Positions 1 to 10,340 of a DNA stretch of 64,000 nt are shown here, one piece after another (the stretch's first letter is position 1; the number at the start of each line of letters is the position of its first letter). Origin of the DNA: a virus; UHGV virus genome UHGV-1363143. One strand, written 5' to 3'. A program made the translations under genes and the position numbers. The notes beneath the pieces were generated by a model that was given only the letters and a program-made list of their open reading frames with translations, was not told the DNA's origin and did no database searches.

Positions 1-341
1 CTTTTGCCGTTAAAGAGTTTACAAGATATAAAGCTGCAAAAGATTGTTTACTTAAAATATATATGTCTCTAGTGACTGATAATGTAGTTGAAGGAACTTT
101 GGGAGAAGTTAAATTCAAAACAAGAGATCAACTACCTGATATTAAAAAGATATTAGACTACTTAGATCATGAAATAAAGAAATGGCTAGATTCAATAAGG
201 GGCTACGATTTAGAAGGAAGAGCCAAGATGAAGAGTGCTATAAGAGGATATCATCATGGCGGTAGAAATCCTATTGCTAGTCTTGAGAAGAGTAAGACTC
301 CTAAAGGAGTTCCATTGAGCATGAATAGAGGTGTCTATTAA
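1..341 (+). CDS. Hypothetical protein, 5'-partial. The reading frame (phase of nt 3) is open from the window edge through the ATG at 63.
   Basis: There is no stop codon in frame between nt 3 and the ATG at 63. No RBS precedes the ATG at 63, so the gene probably starts upstream of the window. Confidence 0.4.
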   Translation, partial: FAVKEFTRYKAAKDCLLKIYMSLVTDNVVEGTLGEVKFKTRDQLPDIKKILDYLDHEIKKWLDSIRGYDLEGRAKMKSAIRGYHHGGRNPIASLEKSKTPKGVPLSMNRGVY

Positions 342-796
342 TGAGTTTATCTACAAAATTAAATAATAAGATTTTAGATATGATAAAAAGACATTCTTAT
401 GAAATGTACTATATTACAAGAAATTTAAAACTTAGATGTACGTGTATTACACATGAAACCAAACAAGCTGATCCTATGTGCCCTAAATGTCTGGGCACAG
501 GATATAAGATAACTATTAGAAAGATTAAAGCCGCTGCACAAGATACAAAACTTCCACCAACATTTAGAAGCGATAAATTTATAGTTGCAAGAAATTTCTT
601 TCTTAATAGCAGTATTAATTGTAAAGAAGATGACATTATAGTTGATAAAGATAATGTGTATATGGTATTAGAAATTCAAGAATTATTATCTCTTGAAGGA
701 ACCATTCCGTATAGAAAAATTAGTGGAGTTAAAAAGAAATTTGATACAACTAAGTTTATGGACAACTTCAATAATATTATCAGGACTAGAAAGTAG
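341..796 (+). CDS. Hypothetical small protein with a zinc-ribbon-like CxC...CPxC motif.
   Basis: Its start overlaps the previous stop (TAATG). The sequence CTCITHETKQADPMCPKCLGTG carries four Cys spaced as in a zinc ribbon. Confidence 0.4.
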   Translation: MSLSTKLNNKILDMIKRHSYEMYYITRNLKLRCTCITHETKQADPMCPKCLGTGYKITIRKIKAAAQDTKLPPTFRSDKFIVARNFFLNSSINCKEDDIIVDKDNVYMVLEIQELLSLEGTIPYRKISGVKKKFDTTKFMDNFNNIIRTRK

Positions 797-804
797 GTGA
801 GCTA

Positions 805-1851
805 ATGATAACTATGCAGTCATATAGCCAGGGAAATAAAAATTCATTGATGGCTGATATAGGACAAGATAATTCCATATTAATCATTGGAAGAGGATTT
901 GATGAAAGTAAATTAAATGAAATATTTAAACCATCAAGCATATGGGAAATGGAGAGTATTTATGGAGATTCTGAATTAACTATGGCCTATACGGAAGCAA
1001 AAAGAAATGGAGCAAACAATGTATTTGTAATGAACTGTCTTAAGACAACAGATTTTATAGATAGTATTCAATATGTTAGACATTATAATTTTTCATATAT
1101 AGTGCCTATAGGAATTAAATTATCTGATAAATTTTATAGTTCAGAACAAGATAAAGAAGTTTACTTTGCAGAACATTATTTAAATGAATTCAGTAAGTTC
1201 ACTAATAGCTTAATTATATTTACTGATGAACACGCAGACCTATATGAAAATATAAATAACTATCTTTATGATATGAGAACAAAAGTAGAAAATTTTAAAG
1301 AATCCACATATTACTTGTTAAGTAACTATGGAAGAAATTTTGCTTTTTGCTTAAATAATTTGCAATATGAAGATTACTCAAATGTAATTCTTGCCACAGT
1401 CCTTAGTAGGACCAAACCTGGCTCATATCCTGAAACAATTAAGAACAAAGCTATTTTTGATTTAGATAGCGAAGATATTTTTACACCTGAAATTATATAT
1501 TTCAAAAATAATCTACATACAGACACATCTATAGAAAATCTAAAAAATTTCAGAACAATCTTTGATGCCAATAAATTAATCTCAGTGGATAGGGTAATAA
1601 AACATATAGAACGAACACTAGATACTTCGTTTGTACTTGGAAAATTGTACAACCAATATGTAGAAATGATGTTACATGATTATTTAGATTCTTTCTTTAG
1701 AAGATTATTAGAAACTGCAATAAGAAACTACTGCATAAAGAATATTCGATTTGTAAGAGCTGAAGCTACATCAGGTTACATCACTGTAGATATTGATATA
1801 CATCCAATAAATTCACTAGAACAAATAAACACATTATTGGAGGTGAAGTAA
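805..1851 (+). CDS. Hypothetical phage structural or neck-proximal protein (348 aa).
   Basis: The RBS GTAGGTGAG lies upstream of the ATG. It sits in an operon just upstream of the sheath gene. No motif was recognised. Confidence 0.45.
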   Translation: MITMQSYSQGNKNSLMADIGQDNSILIIGRGFDESKLNEIFKPSSIWEMESIYGDSELTMAYTEAKRNGANNVFVMNCLKTTDFIDSIQYVRHYNFSYIVPIGIKLSDKFYSSEQDKEVYFAEHYLNEFSKFTNSLIIFTDEHADLYENINNYLYDMRTKVENFKESTYYLLSNYGRNFAFCLNNLQYEDYSNVILATVLSRTKPGSYPETIKNKAIFDLDSEDIFTPEIIYFKNNLHTDTSIENLKNFRTIFDANKLISVDRVIKHIERTLDTSFVLGKLYNQYVEMMLHDYLDSFFRRLLETAIRNYCIKNIRFVRAEATSGYITVDIDIHPINSLEQINTLLEVK

Positions 1852-2504
1852 TGGCATATTCTGACTTTGAAAGCATGCTAATGAAACATTCAGAAAATAT
1901 GAGTACCATGCATTATAACGAATATAAGGAAATGGAGAATGGAGTTCACGATAGTCAGATATTAACGGCTGATAAAAGTGCTTCTCTATTTGACTTCATA
2001 AAAATGATAGATAAATTAGTTTCAATAACTATGAAGGATTTAAAAGTTACCTTCATTCCTGATGAAGGAAAAGTTGTCTATCTATCAAATGACCAGAGAT
2101 TAGATAATCCAATCATAACGTATAAGCTAATATCTAGAAGACCAAAAGGTGAAATAAAACCAAGATTCAGAGAAGATTTTATGGAATCTAAAGATGGTAA
2201 GACAAGCAGAGTTGGCGAAATATACGGACAAAAATTTAAGTGTCAGATACAATTCAATATTTTTGCAAGTGTATATGAGGTCGCAGAACAAGTAATGGAA
2301 AGATTCGAAGACCTAATGATAACTTATGCTGGCTACTTCAAAAAAAATGGAGTCGCTGAGTTACTGTTTGATCAACAATATACAGATCAAGCGTTTGAGA
2401 CAATGAGACAAACTTTGTCAATTAGAAATATCTCTTATTATGTAGAAGTTGAAAAACTTACAGTAATAATGAGAGAGAGTATTAAAGCAATCGAAACTTA
2501 TTAA
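1851..2504 (+). CDS. Hypothetical protein immediately upstream of the sheath, possibly a tail-terminator or sheath-completion protein by position (217 aa).
   Basis: It has a GGAGGTGAAG RBS and a TAATG overlap with the previous gene. The role is inferred from position only. Confidence 0.4.
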   Translation: MAYSDFESMLMKHSENMSTMHYNEYKEMENGVHDSQILTADKSASLFDFIKMIDKLVSITMKDLKVTFIPDEGKVVYLSNDQRLDNPIITYKLISRRPKGEIKPRFREDFMESKDGKTSRVGEIYGQKFKCQIQFNIFASVYEVAEQVMERFEDLMITYAGYFKKNGVAELLFDQQYTDQAFETMRQTLSIRNISYYVEVEKLTVIMRESIKAIETY

Positions 2505-2530
2505 TGGATAAAAACAAAGGAGGAACAAAG

Positions 2531-5500
2531 ATGAGCGTTTTCGATCAAGAATTAATTTTACCTGGTGTTGTTACAGATATTTTATCTGATTACAGTGCAG
2601 GGTATGACACAAGCCAATTTGGAACTACAGACTCAGTTGCAATATTAGGAACTGCTTTTAATGGACCTGTTGGAAAACCTGTAAAGATTTATAGCCCTGA
2701 ACATGCAAAATATGTGTTTGGTTCAGCATTTGATTTCCAAACTAGAAGAGAAGCTACATTGGTAGCAGAAATTCAAGATGCATGGGATAGAGGATGTAGA
2801 ACAATTTACGCTGTTAGAGTTAGTGGAAAGGAAATACATAAAGACTTCCAATTAGCTTCAGATGCAGATTGTAAATTAAGAGTAAGCGGAATTTTCCCAA
2901 ACAATGATAATAAAAATGTATTCTTTGAATTCGATGCAGTTGATACTTTATCTGAAGTTGCAAATGGAGCAGAGCCTACTATTAAAATATACAAGCCTGC
3001 TACAAGAGCTACTATTGAAGAAAAGATGTTAGGAAAAGTTGTTAAAGAAAATTCAGTATTAGTAAATAGCGTTAAGTTAAGAAGCAACTGGAATGTAAGT
3101 GAAACTACTAGACTAGTTGATTTCATTGATCTATTTAATGAATACAGATATAACAATGTTTTAAGATTATCAATAGTTGATGGAGAAGGAAATGATATTA
3201 CAGAAACTCCTGTAGCTCAAGGTTTAGCATTCGGAGATTTATTCCCTGGAATCTACTTCATTGGAAGAGATAAGAACTCAGCTAAAATAATCGCTAAAAC
3301 AGAAATGGAAACAAGATTCGTTCCTGAAGAAGATAAGCATACTATTTATGAAAACTTCGCAGGCAACATCTTTAAGACTTTAAAAGTTAATACAGATATT
3401 ACAAAGGATCTACCAATCTACCATAAAGATGTTACTGAACTTAATAGATTAATCAGCAAAGTTGAAGATGTAACAATGGTTAAATTATTTGACTTCTTAG
3501 AAGTACCAGGAAAAGTAGATTTAATCTGGGCAAAAGATAAAGTTGATTATGAAGAAGTTGCAGTAGACGACTTTGACATGTACAAGAGATTAGGTTCAGG
3601 ATATGCTACATCAGCTAAAATCGTTGAAACTAAAGAAGGTACAGGGGTTTATAAAGTTGTTGAAGTGACTAGTGATAATGACGTGAATAGAGTTATTCCT
3701 ATTAATGATGGTATATACTCAATGCTTGAAAACTTAAGAGCTGACTACAGAGTTCTTGCAGGTAAATATGCTGATATAGAAATCAAAGGAAAGCTTCCTA
3801 AGAAAGCAGAGTTCTTAGTATCAAATCCTAAATCATCATCAATATTCTCAGAAACAGTAAGGGTTGTTCCAAAGCTAGATGTAAAAGACCTTTCAACAGT
3901 ATCTAAAAACTATAAGTTCATTCTTAAATCTTTAGAAGAAGATTCAATAATCTTATCAAGTGATGCTGTAATTGAAACTTTATATAAGAAAAATGGAAGC
4001 TATGTAGTATCTGAATATATTCATGAAGTAGACGAAATAGAAGGCTTAGATGCTAAACAATATAAAGAAGGGGACTTAGTTTTAGCTGATGCTAAAATGC
4101 ACAGAGTAGTAAATGGTGCTTTTGTTTGTCTTGATGATATAGCTATTTATAAATCAGAATTCGCTGGCAAATTATTTGTAAGCAATAAGATGATTTACCA
4201 AGTTGATGAAAGTTCAAATGACAAATTAACATTCATCGAATTAGTTGATGTTAATGAATTAGGCGGAGCTACATTAATGAACGTTAATATAGATGGACAA
4301 GTTGTTGTATTTAGCATAGAAACAGAAGAAGAACTTGTTAAATCAGTTACTCCTATTGCTTCATTAAGCGATATCCTAGAAGAATCTTCAAGCATGTTCA
4401 CAGTTATAACTCCAGTTTCAGTTGAAGGAAAAGTAGTTAATGAAGTGGAAATCAAGGCATTAAACTTAGAAGCTACTTCACTTGGAGAATTAATAATATC
4501 AATGAATGAAGATGCTGTATTAGGTAAAATGTTCGAGTTTGACTTAGATCCAGGTCTAGCAGAATTAGTTAGATATATTCCAGTACTAGGTGTTACAGAA
4601 GATGATGAATCTGTATTCGGAGTTGCTGTAGATGGAGTTGTAGACGTTGAGTCTAATAAAATTAACTCAGCTAAAGGAAACCCAACAATCGTTGACAGAG
4701 GTCTTCCAGTATATGATAAATCATTATATTTACCATTCAAGACTACAGATAACTTTGCTAGACACTTAGCTCAACACTGTGTTTATACAGGATTAAAAAC
4801 TGCTCCTACTCATGGTGTTATAGGATGTTCTAAGTTAATGACTGCTAACTTAAAAACTGTTTCAGACAGAGTAGACAAGTTAGTAGGATTAGATCTTAAC
4901 CTATATGCTAAGAGACCAAATGGAAATGATATGTTAGATAAAAATAACTTACCATATCCAATCGGAAGAGGTATATCAGTAACATTCTTCCAAAACAAAG
5001 TTGAAACAGGAGATAACTACACTTATGTAAGTGTTGGTGCTTCAGGTTATGCAGGTATGGTTTCTACTTTACCAATCGACCAATCTTCAACTTCTCAACC
5101 AATAAATATAGATACAACTACTTTCGAGTTAAATAACTATCAATTAGGAAGATTAACTCAAGCTGGTTTCGTAACTGTAAAGAATAGCTACACTCAAGGT
5201 TATGTAATAACAGATGGTGTAACAATGGCTCCAGTAACTTCTCCATTCAGAAGATTAGCTGTAACAAGAATAGTTAATGGAATTGATGAAGCAATCAGAG
5301 CAGCTGCTGAACCATTTATTGGAAAGCAAAATCACTTAGCTAATAGAAACTCTCTTCAAACAGCTATTAAGTCTTCATTAGATAAAATGGTAAATCAACT
5401 TATCGAAAAATATGACTTCAAGCTTATAGTAGATAGAGCTGCTGAAAGAATGGGTATTATCGAAATTGAATACACAATCATTCCAATCTACGAAATCAGA

Positions 5501-5539
5501 GAAGTTAGAAATAGGCTATCAGTAAAAGACAATCAATAA
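2531..5539 (+). CDS. Phage tail sheath protein (about 1000 aa). The start is probably the ATG at 2531, which has an AAAGGAGG RBS. An in-frame ATG at 2504 is the alternative.
   Basis: The C-terminal roughly 150 aa (GFVTVKNSYTQGYVITDGVTMAPV...RRLAVTRIVNGIDEAIRAAAEPFIGKQN...LIVDRAAERMGIIEIEYTIIPIYEI) matches the conserved C-terminal domain architecture of contractile-tail sheath proteins. It is followed by tube-like genes. Confidence 0.8.
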   Translation: MSVFDQELILPGVVTDILSDYSAGYDTSQFGTTDSVAILGTAFNGPVGKPVKIYSPEHAKYVFGSAFDFQTRREATLVAEIQDAWDRGCRTIYAVRVSGKEIHKDFQLASDADCKLRVSGIFPNNDNKNVFFEFDAVDTLSEVANGAEPTIKIYKPATRATIEEKMLGKVVKENSVLVNSVKLRSNWNVSETTRLVDFIDLFNEYRYNNVLRLSIVDGEGNDITETPVAQGLAFGDLFPGIYFIGRDKNSAKIIAKTEMETRFVPEEDKHTIYENFAGNIFKTLKVNTDITKDLPIYHKDVTELNRLISKVEDVTMVKLFDFLEVPGKVDLIWAKDKVDYEEVAVDDFDMYKRLGSGYATSAKIVETKEGTGVYKVVEVTSDNDVNRVIPINDGIYSMLENLRADYRVLAGKYADIEIKGKLPKKAEFLVSNPKSSSIFSETVRVVPKLDVKDLSTVSKNYKFILKSLEEDSIILSSDAVIETLYKKNGSYVVSEYIHEVDEIEGLDAKQYKEGDLVLADAKMHRVVNGAFVCLDDIAIYKSEFAGKLFVSNKMIYQVDESSNDKLTFIELVDVNELGGATLMNVNIDGQVVVFSIETEEELVKSVTPIASLSDILEESSSMFTVITPVSVEGKVVNEVEIKALNLEATSLGELIISMNEDAVLGKMFEFDLDPGLAELVRYIPVLGVTEDDESVFGVAVDGVVDVESNKINSAKGNPTIVDRGLPVYDKSLYLPFKTTDNFARHLAQHCVYTGLKTAPTHGVIGCSKLMTANLKTVSDRVDKLVGLDLNLYAKRPNGNDMLDKNNLPYPIGRGISVTFFQNKVETGDNYTYVSVGASGYAGMVSTLPIDQSSTSQPINIDTTTFELNNYQLGRLTQAGFVTVKNSYTQGYVITDGVTMAPVTSPFRRLAVTRIVNGIDEAIRAAAEPFIGKQNHLANRNSLQTAIKSSLDKMVNQLIEKYDFKLIVDRAAERMGIIEIEYTIIPIYEIREVRNRLSVKDNQ

Positions 5540-5545
5540 TCATTT

Positions 5546-5571
5546 GAGGTAGGGGGAGTGTCCCCCTCCTC
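5546..5571 (+). promoter_or_regulatory. GC-rich stem-loop (GAGG-AGGGGGA / TCCCCCT-CCTC) between the sheath and tube genes, with no T tract.
   Basis: The inverted repeat is seen directly in the sequence. It is unusually GC-rich for this genome. It lacks a downstream U-run, so it is more likely a processing or stability element or a partial terminator. Confidence 0.4.
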
Positions 5572-5603
5572 TTAACATAATAAAACATTAAGGAGTGAAA
5601 TAA

Positions 5604-6266
5604 ATGGGAGCAAATAGTTTTGAACAATATACTAAAACTTATAGCACATTCTCAGGATGTGATATCGTTGCTACATTCAATGGTAAGGTAATTGGTGAAC
5701 TTCAAGCCATTACTTATAGCATTTCTCGTGAAAAAGCCCCTGTTTACACAATGGGATCAGCTGAACCAAGATCTTTCTCAAGAGGTAAGAGAGGTATAGC
5801 AGGTACACTTGTATTTACAGTGTTTAATAGAGATGCATTAATAGAAGAATTTAAAGGTAAGTTAAATGGAGAAACAACTGGTGTTCAAAAGTTTAAAGCT
5901 GAAAGAAATTCTGAATCAGATGTTAACTTTTTATCAGTAGAACAATGGGATGCTGAAATGTCTAACTACGCTGGAGTAGGAGATCAAACTGGAGCAGCTA
6001 TTGGAAATGTTTCTGATTTAACATCTAAGTATCAACCAATATATGCAGATGAAATATTACCATTTGATATTACTATCACATTCGCCAATGAATATGGACA
6101 AAGAGCAGTATTAGTAGTATACGGAGTTGAACTTTTAAATGAAGGTTCAGGTTATTCAATAGATTCTGTTACTACAGAGAAGGCATATACATTCGTTGCT
6201 AGAAAGATTGATTACATGAAATCTTTAGATGGTGACAATGATGCAGGATTCTCTTCAACTTACTAA
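5604..6266 (+). CDS. Tail tube protein (220 aa).
   Basis: A strong RBS (AAGGAGTG) precedes it. It sits immediately after the sheath. Its FSGCD(I/M)VAT...GE(L)Q(A/T)I(T/S)YSI...AGTLVF(T/A)VFN and ...PFDI...ANEYG...YGV(E/R)L(L/V)NEG...(A/T)Y(T/Q)FVA motifs are shared with the next gene. Confidence 0.65.
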   Translation: MGANSFEQYTKTYSTFSGCDIVATFNGKVIGELQAITYSISREKAPVYTMGSAEPRSFSRGKRGIAGTLVFTVFNRDALIEEFKGKLNGETTGVQKFKAERNSESDVNFLSVEQWDAEMSNYAGVGDQTGAAIGNVSDLTSKYQPIYADEILPFDITITFANEYGQRAVLVVYGVELLNEGSGYSIDSVTTEKAYTFVARKIDYMKSLDGDNDAGFSSTY

Positions 6267-6306
6267 ACTCTGCGTGAAATAATGTAATTGAATAAGTAAT
6301 ATAAGG

Positions 6307-6342
6307 GAGAAGAGTGCGAAAGCATATCTTCTCTTTTTTATT
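6307..6342 (+). terminator. Rho-independent terminator after the tube gene.
   Basis: The stem is GAGAAGA ... TCTTCTC, followed by TTTTTTATT. Confidence 0.6.
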
Positions 6343-6361
6343 ATACTAAGGAGGAAGAATA

Positions 6362-9103
6362 ATGGCAGAACAAATGTATACCTACACTAATGAGAGTTTT
6401 AGTGGTTGTGATATGGTAGCTACTATACTTTTACCTAAACCAGGTACTAATAAGAAACAGGTTTATGCATTAGGAGAGTTACAAACCATCTCTTATTCTA
6501 TTCATATGGATAGACAGCCTGTTAGAGCTATAGGAAATATAAATGTAAAAGATTATGTAATGGGCCCAAGAACTATTGCCGGATCACTTGTGTTTGCAGT
6601 ATTTAATAAGCACTTTGCTAATAAGATGATGAAGGATATAGGGGATTCAACAAATCCTGGATATGCATTTTTAATAGATGAAATACCACCATTCGATATA
6701 GTAATTTCAGCAGCAAATGAATACGGACTAAGAAGTAGAATGGTTATCTATGGAGTTAGACTAGTTAATGAAGGTCAAGTAATGTCAGTTAATGATGTTT
6801 ATACAGAAAATACATATCAATTTGTAGCTACAGATTTAGAATACTTAACTGACGAAAACCATTATACAAGTGGCCATAAATCAGGTAGAGGATTATATAA
6901 AATCATAGAAAAAGATATTTCTTCTTATAACAATAAAATGCAATATAGCTACAAAAAAACCAAGCCTACACCTCACTTTGATGTGGAGCTAAATTATAAA
7001 GTAACTGGAGTTGCTACAGAAACTAAAAAGGGAATGGTCGAGCTGTGGCTTACACCTACTATGAAAACAGGAATAATAACCATTGAAGGTACTAGCGAGA
7101 ATAAAGCTATAAATGTTGAAGATGGATTGAACGGTAATAACAGAGCTATAATACCATTATCTGCGGGCGAATATTCTGCTATCTGGAAAGATGATAATAG
7201 AAAATCCAACAAAATAGTTTTTAGAATCTTGGAAGATAGAATCATAGAAAACACAGTATTACCTGCTCCAATAGTTGAATCAATAAGCGACAATACTATT
7301 GAAATATATTCTAATGTTAGGGAACATACAAAAGTCATTTATGAGAATGAAAATAAAGATAAATTCACAATTAAACTTAGTGGGCGAAGGGCAAAGATAA
7401 GTAATCTAGAAGCTTCTAGTAAATACAAGATAGCTACTTGTAATGAAGATTTAAATAGAGTATCTGATTACATTACTGTTAAAACACTTGATTTTGGATA
7501 TGACCTTTACAAAGACTTTTTGGATTATCTGAACTACAATAAAAAGTCCTTAATGAATAGTAACTTTAATGTATATGTAACTGTTGTGAACGATGGTAAA
7601 CAATACGCATTTTCAGGGAAAAAATATTCTACAATAGCTGATAGTTTTATTGATGTTAATAAGTTTTATACGGAACAATTAAACTCATTATCTCAAGAAG
7701 ATTTTCCGGGATCAATAGAATACCAAGAAGAAGTAGATAGATTAACAGCTTTAATAGATGCTGCAGTTGAAGTAACTCATATATCAACAATAATCAATAA
7801 TGATGTAGTCTATGGATATAACTATGACGTTATGGTAGTAAGCCCTCCAATGCCAGAATCAGAAGACTCTTGTACTAATTCATTTCTAATTGACTATAAT
7901 GTCAATTCATTAGATTTCTTTAGACAATATACAAATACTCAACAATTTGAAAAAACAATAGAAAAGAGAAACTTTAAAGATATAGATGTTGGATATTTAT
8001 GTTTGTTTAATGGCAGACCTGGAAGTAGATATTATACTTATGCTGTCAACAAGTATGGATTTAGATCCCCTAAAATAGATTTTTATGCAATGAATGATGA
8101 GCAAAGAATTAAGTCCCTAGAGAACAAAGAAAACGAAGATGAAAGAATAAGATACGAATTGGCCAAAACTAATGATTTACATTCATATAAATTTGATTCA
8201 TCCTTAACTGAACTAGAAACAAGAAGGGTTCTTACAGAGATTATTAAGTCTACATCAATAAAGAATATATCAACGCCTACACTTTTAGAAGCAAGTAGTT
8301 CATCAATAATAATCACTATTGATGAGGCTGAAGAATTACTTGAGGAAAACGGATATATAGTAGCTATCAGCTCAGTAGAATCTGCCCTTACTAATACTAC
8401 TAGATACAAGGTACCAGCAAAGAATAGAGTGGAGTTTAATGTATACAATCATGGACTTAGACCTGATACTACTTACGTAATATGGATAGAAGACAGCGAT
8501 GAACAACAGGTATCTGATAGCATTACAGTGAATACAAAAGATCTAGATGAAGTATCTGAAATCAGAGAATTTGATATAAACAAATATTTTGTAAAAGAAA
8601 TAATAGATGCATTAAGAGATGAATTTGAGGAACAAGGACTTCTATCAAATACATTAGAACGCATATTGTACAAAAATGAAAATGATATTCTCAGCAACAA
8701 GTCAAATGTACTAACTAAAGTGTTGAATGACATTGTTGAAGAGACGGCCACACTGAGCAATGTATTTGAAATCTTATATGCATACTTTAAGGTTTATAGT
8801 GAATTTACCTATAGTATAAATGAAACCTTCTTTGATATAGATCCTGTATATGATAGTAACAAAAAAGTTATTACGGTTAGTGAGGATGTCATAGTTACTA
8901 AAATAAATATTGACTCATTTAATATTTCAAATGAAAAGTTTGAACTTAAGAATGGAGAAGAACTAAAACTAGATGATTCTATACCTTATACAATTATGTT
9001 TTTTGCTAGCAAAGAACTAGACAAGAGAAGTGGATTTATAATTGCTAATAATTTTAGCAATATCCATATGACTTACAAGATGATAGTAAAGGTTGGTGAA
9101 TAA
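6362..9103 (+). CDS. Tail-tube paralog with a roughly 700-aa C-terminal extension (913 aa). It may be a tube-initiator or decorated tube-like protein.
   Basis: The N-terminal roughly 160 aa align motif-for-motif with the 220-aa tube protein. A long unique C-terminal extension follows. Confidence 0.6.
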   Translation: MAEQMYTYTNESFSGCDMVATILLPKPGTNKKQVYALGELQTISYSIHMDRQPVRAIGNINVKDYVMGPRTIAGSLVFAVFNKHFANKMMKDIGDSTNPGYAFLIDEIPPFDIVISAANEYGLRSRMVIYGVRLVNEGQVMSVNDVYTENTYQFVATDLEYLTDENHYTSGHKSGRGLYKIIEKDISSYNNKMQYSYKKTKPTPHFDVELNYKVTGVATETKKGMVELWLTPTMKTGIITIEGTSENKAINVEDGLNGNNRAIIPLSAGEYSAIWKDDNRKSNKIVFRILEDRIIENTVLPAPIVESISDNTIEIYSNVREHTKVIYENENKDKFTIKLSGRRAKISNLEASSKYKIATCNEDLNRVSDYITVKTLDFGYDLYKDFLDYLNYNKKSLMNSNFNVYVTVVNDGKQYAFSGKKYSTIADSFIDVNKFYTEQLNSLSQEDFPGSIEYQEEVDRLTALIDAAVEVTHISTIINNDVVYGYNYDVMVVSPPMPESEDSCTNSFLIDYNVNSLDFFRQYTNTQQFEKTIEKRNFKDIDVGYLCLFNGRPGSRYYTYAVNKYGFRSPKIDFYAMNDEQRIKSLENKENEDERIRYELAKTNDLHSYKFDSSLTELETRRVLTEIIKSTSIKNISTPTLLEASSSSIIITIDEAEELLEENGYIVAISSVESALTNTTRYKVPAKNRVEFNVYNHGLRPDTTYVIWIEDSDEQQVSDSITVNTKDLDEVSEIREFDINKYFVKEIIDALRDEFEEQGLLSNTLERILYKNENDILSNKSNVLTKVLNDIVEETATLSNVFEILYAYFKVYSEFTYSINETFFDIDPVYDSNKKVITVSEDVIVTKINIDSFNISNEKFELKNGEELKLDDSIPYTIMFFASKELDKRSGFIIANNFSNIHMTYKMIVKVGE

Positions 9104-9104
9104 C

Positions 9105-10268
9105 ATGAGAGCTCAAGGAAATAGCTATTTATCAAATAATATAAATATAAGCAAGGATAGATATATAACTTTAAATAGTGAGAATCCAGGCAATAAAAAA
9201 AGACTTGGTGATAGAACTTTATTTTCACATTCTGTAGACGGAAAAAGATATTACTCTAGTTTAGATGCTGAAATATATTTTGGAGAAACTTACATTGACA
9301 ATGTTGTTCAAATAAGCTGGGGAATAGAACAGGCAACAATGCCATTGTTTGGATATAACTCATATACATTTGATGATATTGCAATAGGTGCAAGACAGAT
9401 TAGTGGAAGCTTTGTAATTAACTTTACTAAATCAGGATTTATGTATGATGTATTAAGAAGTGTACAAGCTGTTAATAGGTCTACATTAAATGTTCCTGAA
9501 AAACTGAATGATCCATCTAATTTAAATTGGACATCACATTTTGACAAAGAACATAAGGCTTCATGGGATAGAAGTTTTAATATTAGAGTTGGATACGGAG
9601 ATTACAATAAGGAAGGTAAAGACACATCAATGATTGTGCTTTATTGTGTTCAAATAACTGGATGTCAACAAGTTATTGGTGTTGATGGAGCCCCTATTGC
9701 TGAAGCATATACTTTTGTAGCTAGAGATGTAAGATATGATGTTAAAGGAATTCCAGAGAAAGATGCAGTTAGTAATGATAAAAACGATTCTGATTCTTCT
9801 AATGACTTACCTCAAAGTCAATTCAATATATTAATAGTTCCAGTAGGCATTACGGAAGTAGGAGGTTCATCTTCAAATAAAGATAGTTCTAGTAATACCA
9901 ATACTGATGTTGATGCAATTACTGGAGCTGCACCTATACCGCCAAATCAAGTTACGCTTCCTAAGTACTATATAAAAGTTAAATATAGTTGCGGTGGAGG
10001 AGAAGTCAATGATATTAAGCTTACTATGAAAAGAGAAAATGGAGAAATAATAAATACATCAGCATTATCAATAGGTAATAGCAATGAAATAACTTATGAG
10101 ATACCAAGAGAATTCCATGGGAAGATCAAGAGAGCATTTGATTCTCAGAAATCGCTAGGAGCAACTAATGTGTACTTGAATTGTGACTTCAGAGTTATTT
10201 ATGCTATAAATGGAAAAATTCAATCACCATATAGTAGTACTAATAAAAAAGTTTACCTGACACAATAA
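9105..10268 (+). CDS. Third tail-tube-like paralog (about 387 aa). The start is probably the ATG at 9105, as the TTG at 9093 is unlikely.
   Basis: It shares the (A)YTFVAR(D/K) and ...ISGSFVINF... motifs with the two upstream tube genes. It has a Ser/Asp/Asn-rich low-complexity insert. Confidence 0.5.
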   Translation: MRAQGNSYLSNNINISKDRYITLNSENPGNKKRLGDRTLFSHSVDGKRYYSSLDAEIYFGETYIDNVVQISWGIEQATMPLFGYNSYTFDDIAIGARQISGSFVINFTKSGFMYDVLRSVQAVNRSTLNVPEKLNDPSNLNWTSHFDKEHKASWDRSFNIRVGYGDYNKEGKDTSMIVLYCVQITGCQQVIGVDGAPIAEAYTFVARDVRYDVKGIPEKDAVSNDKNDSDSSNDLPQSQFNILIVPVGITEVGGSSSNKDSSSNTNTDVDAITGAAPIPPNQVTLPKYYIKVKYSCGGGEVNDIKLTMKRENGEIINTSALSIGNSNEITYEIPREFHGKIKRAFDSQKSLGATNVYLNCDFRVIYAINGKIQSPYSSTNKKVYLTQ

Positions 10269-10340
10269 TGATATTTAGATAAGTAATAAAACAATAGATG
10301 CAACTTAAACATCATTTAAATATAAGAGGAGGAACTTAAA

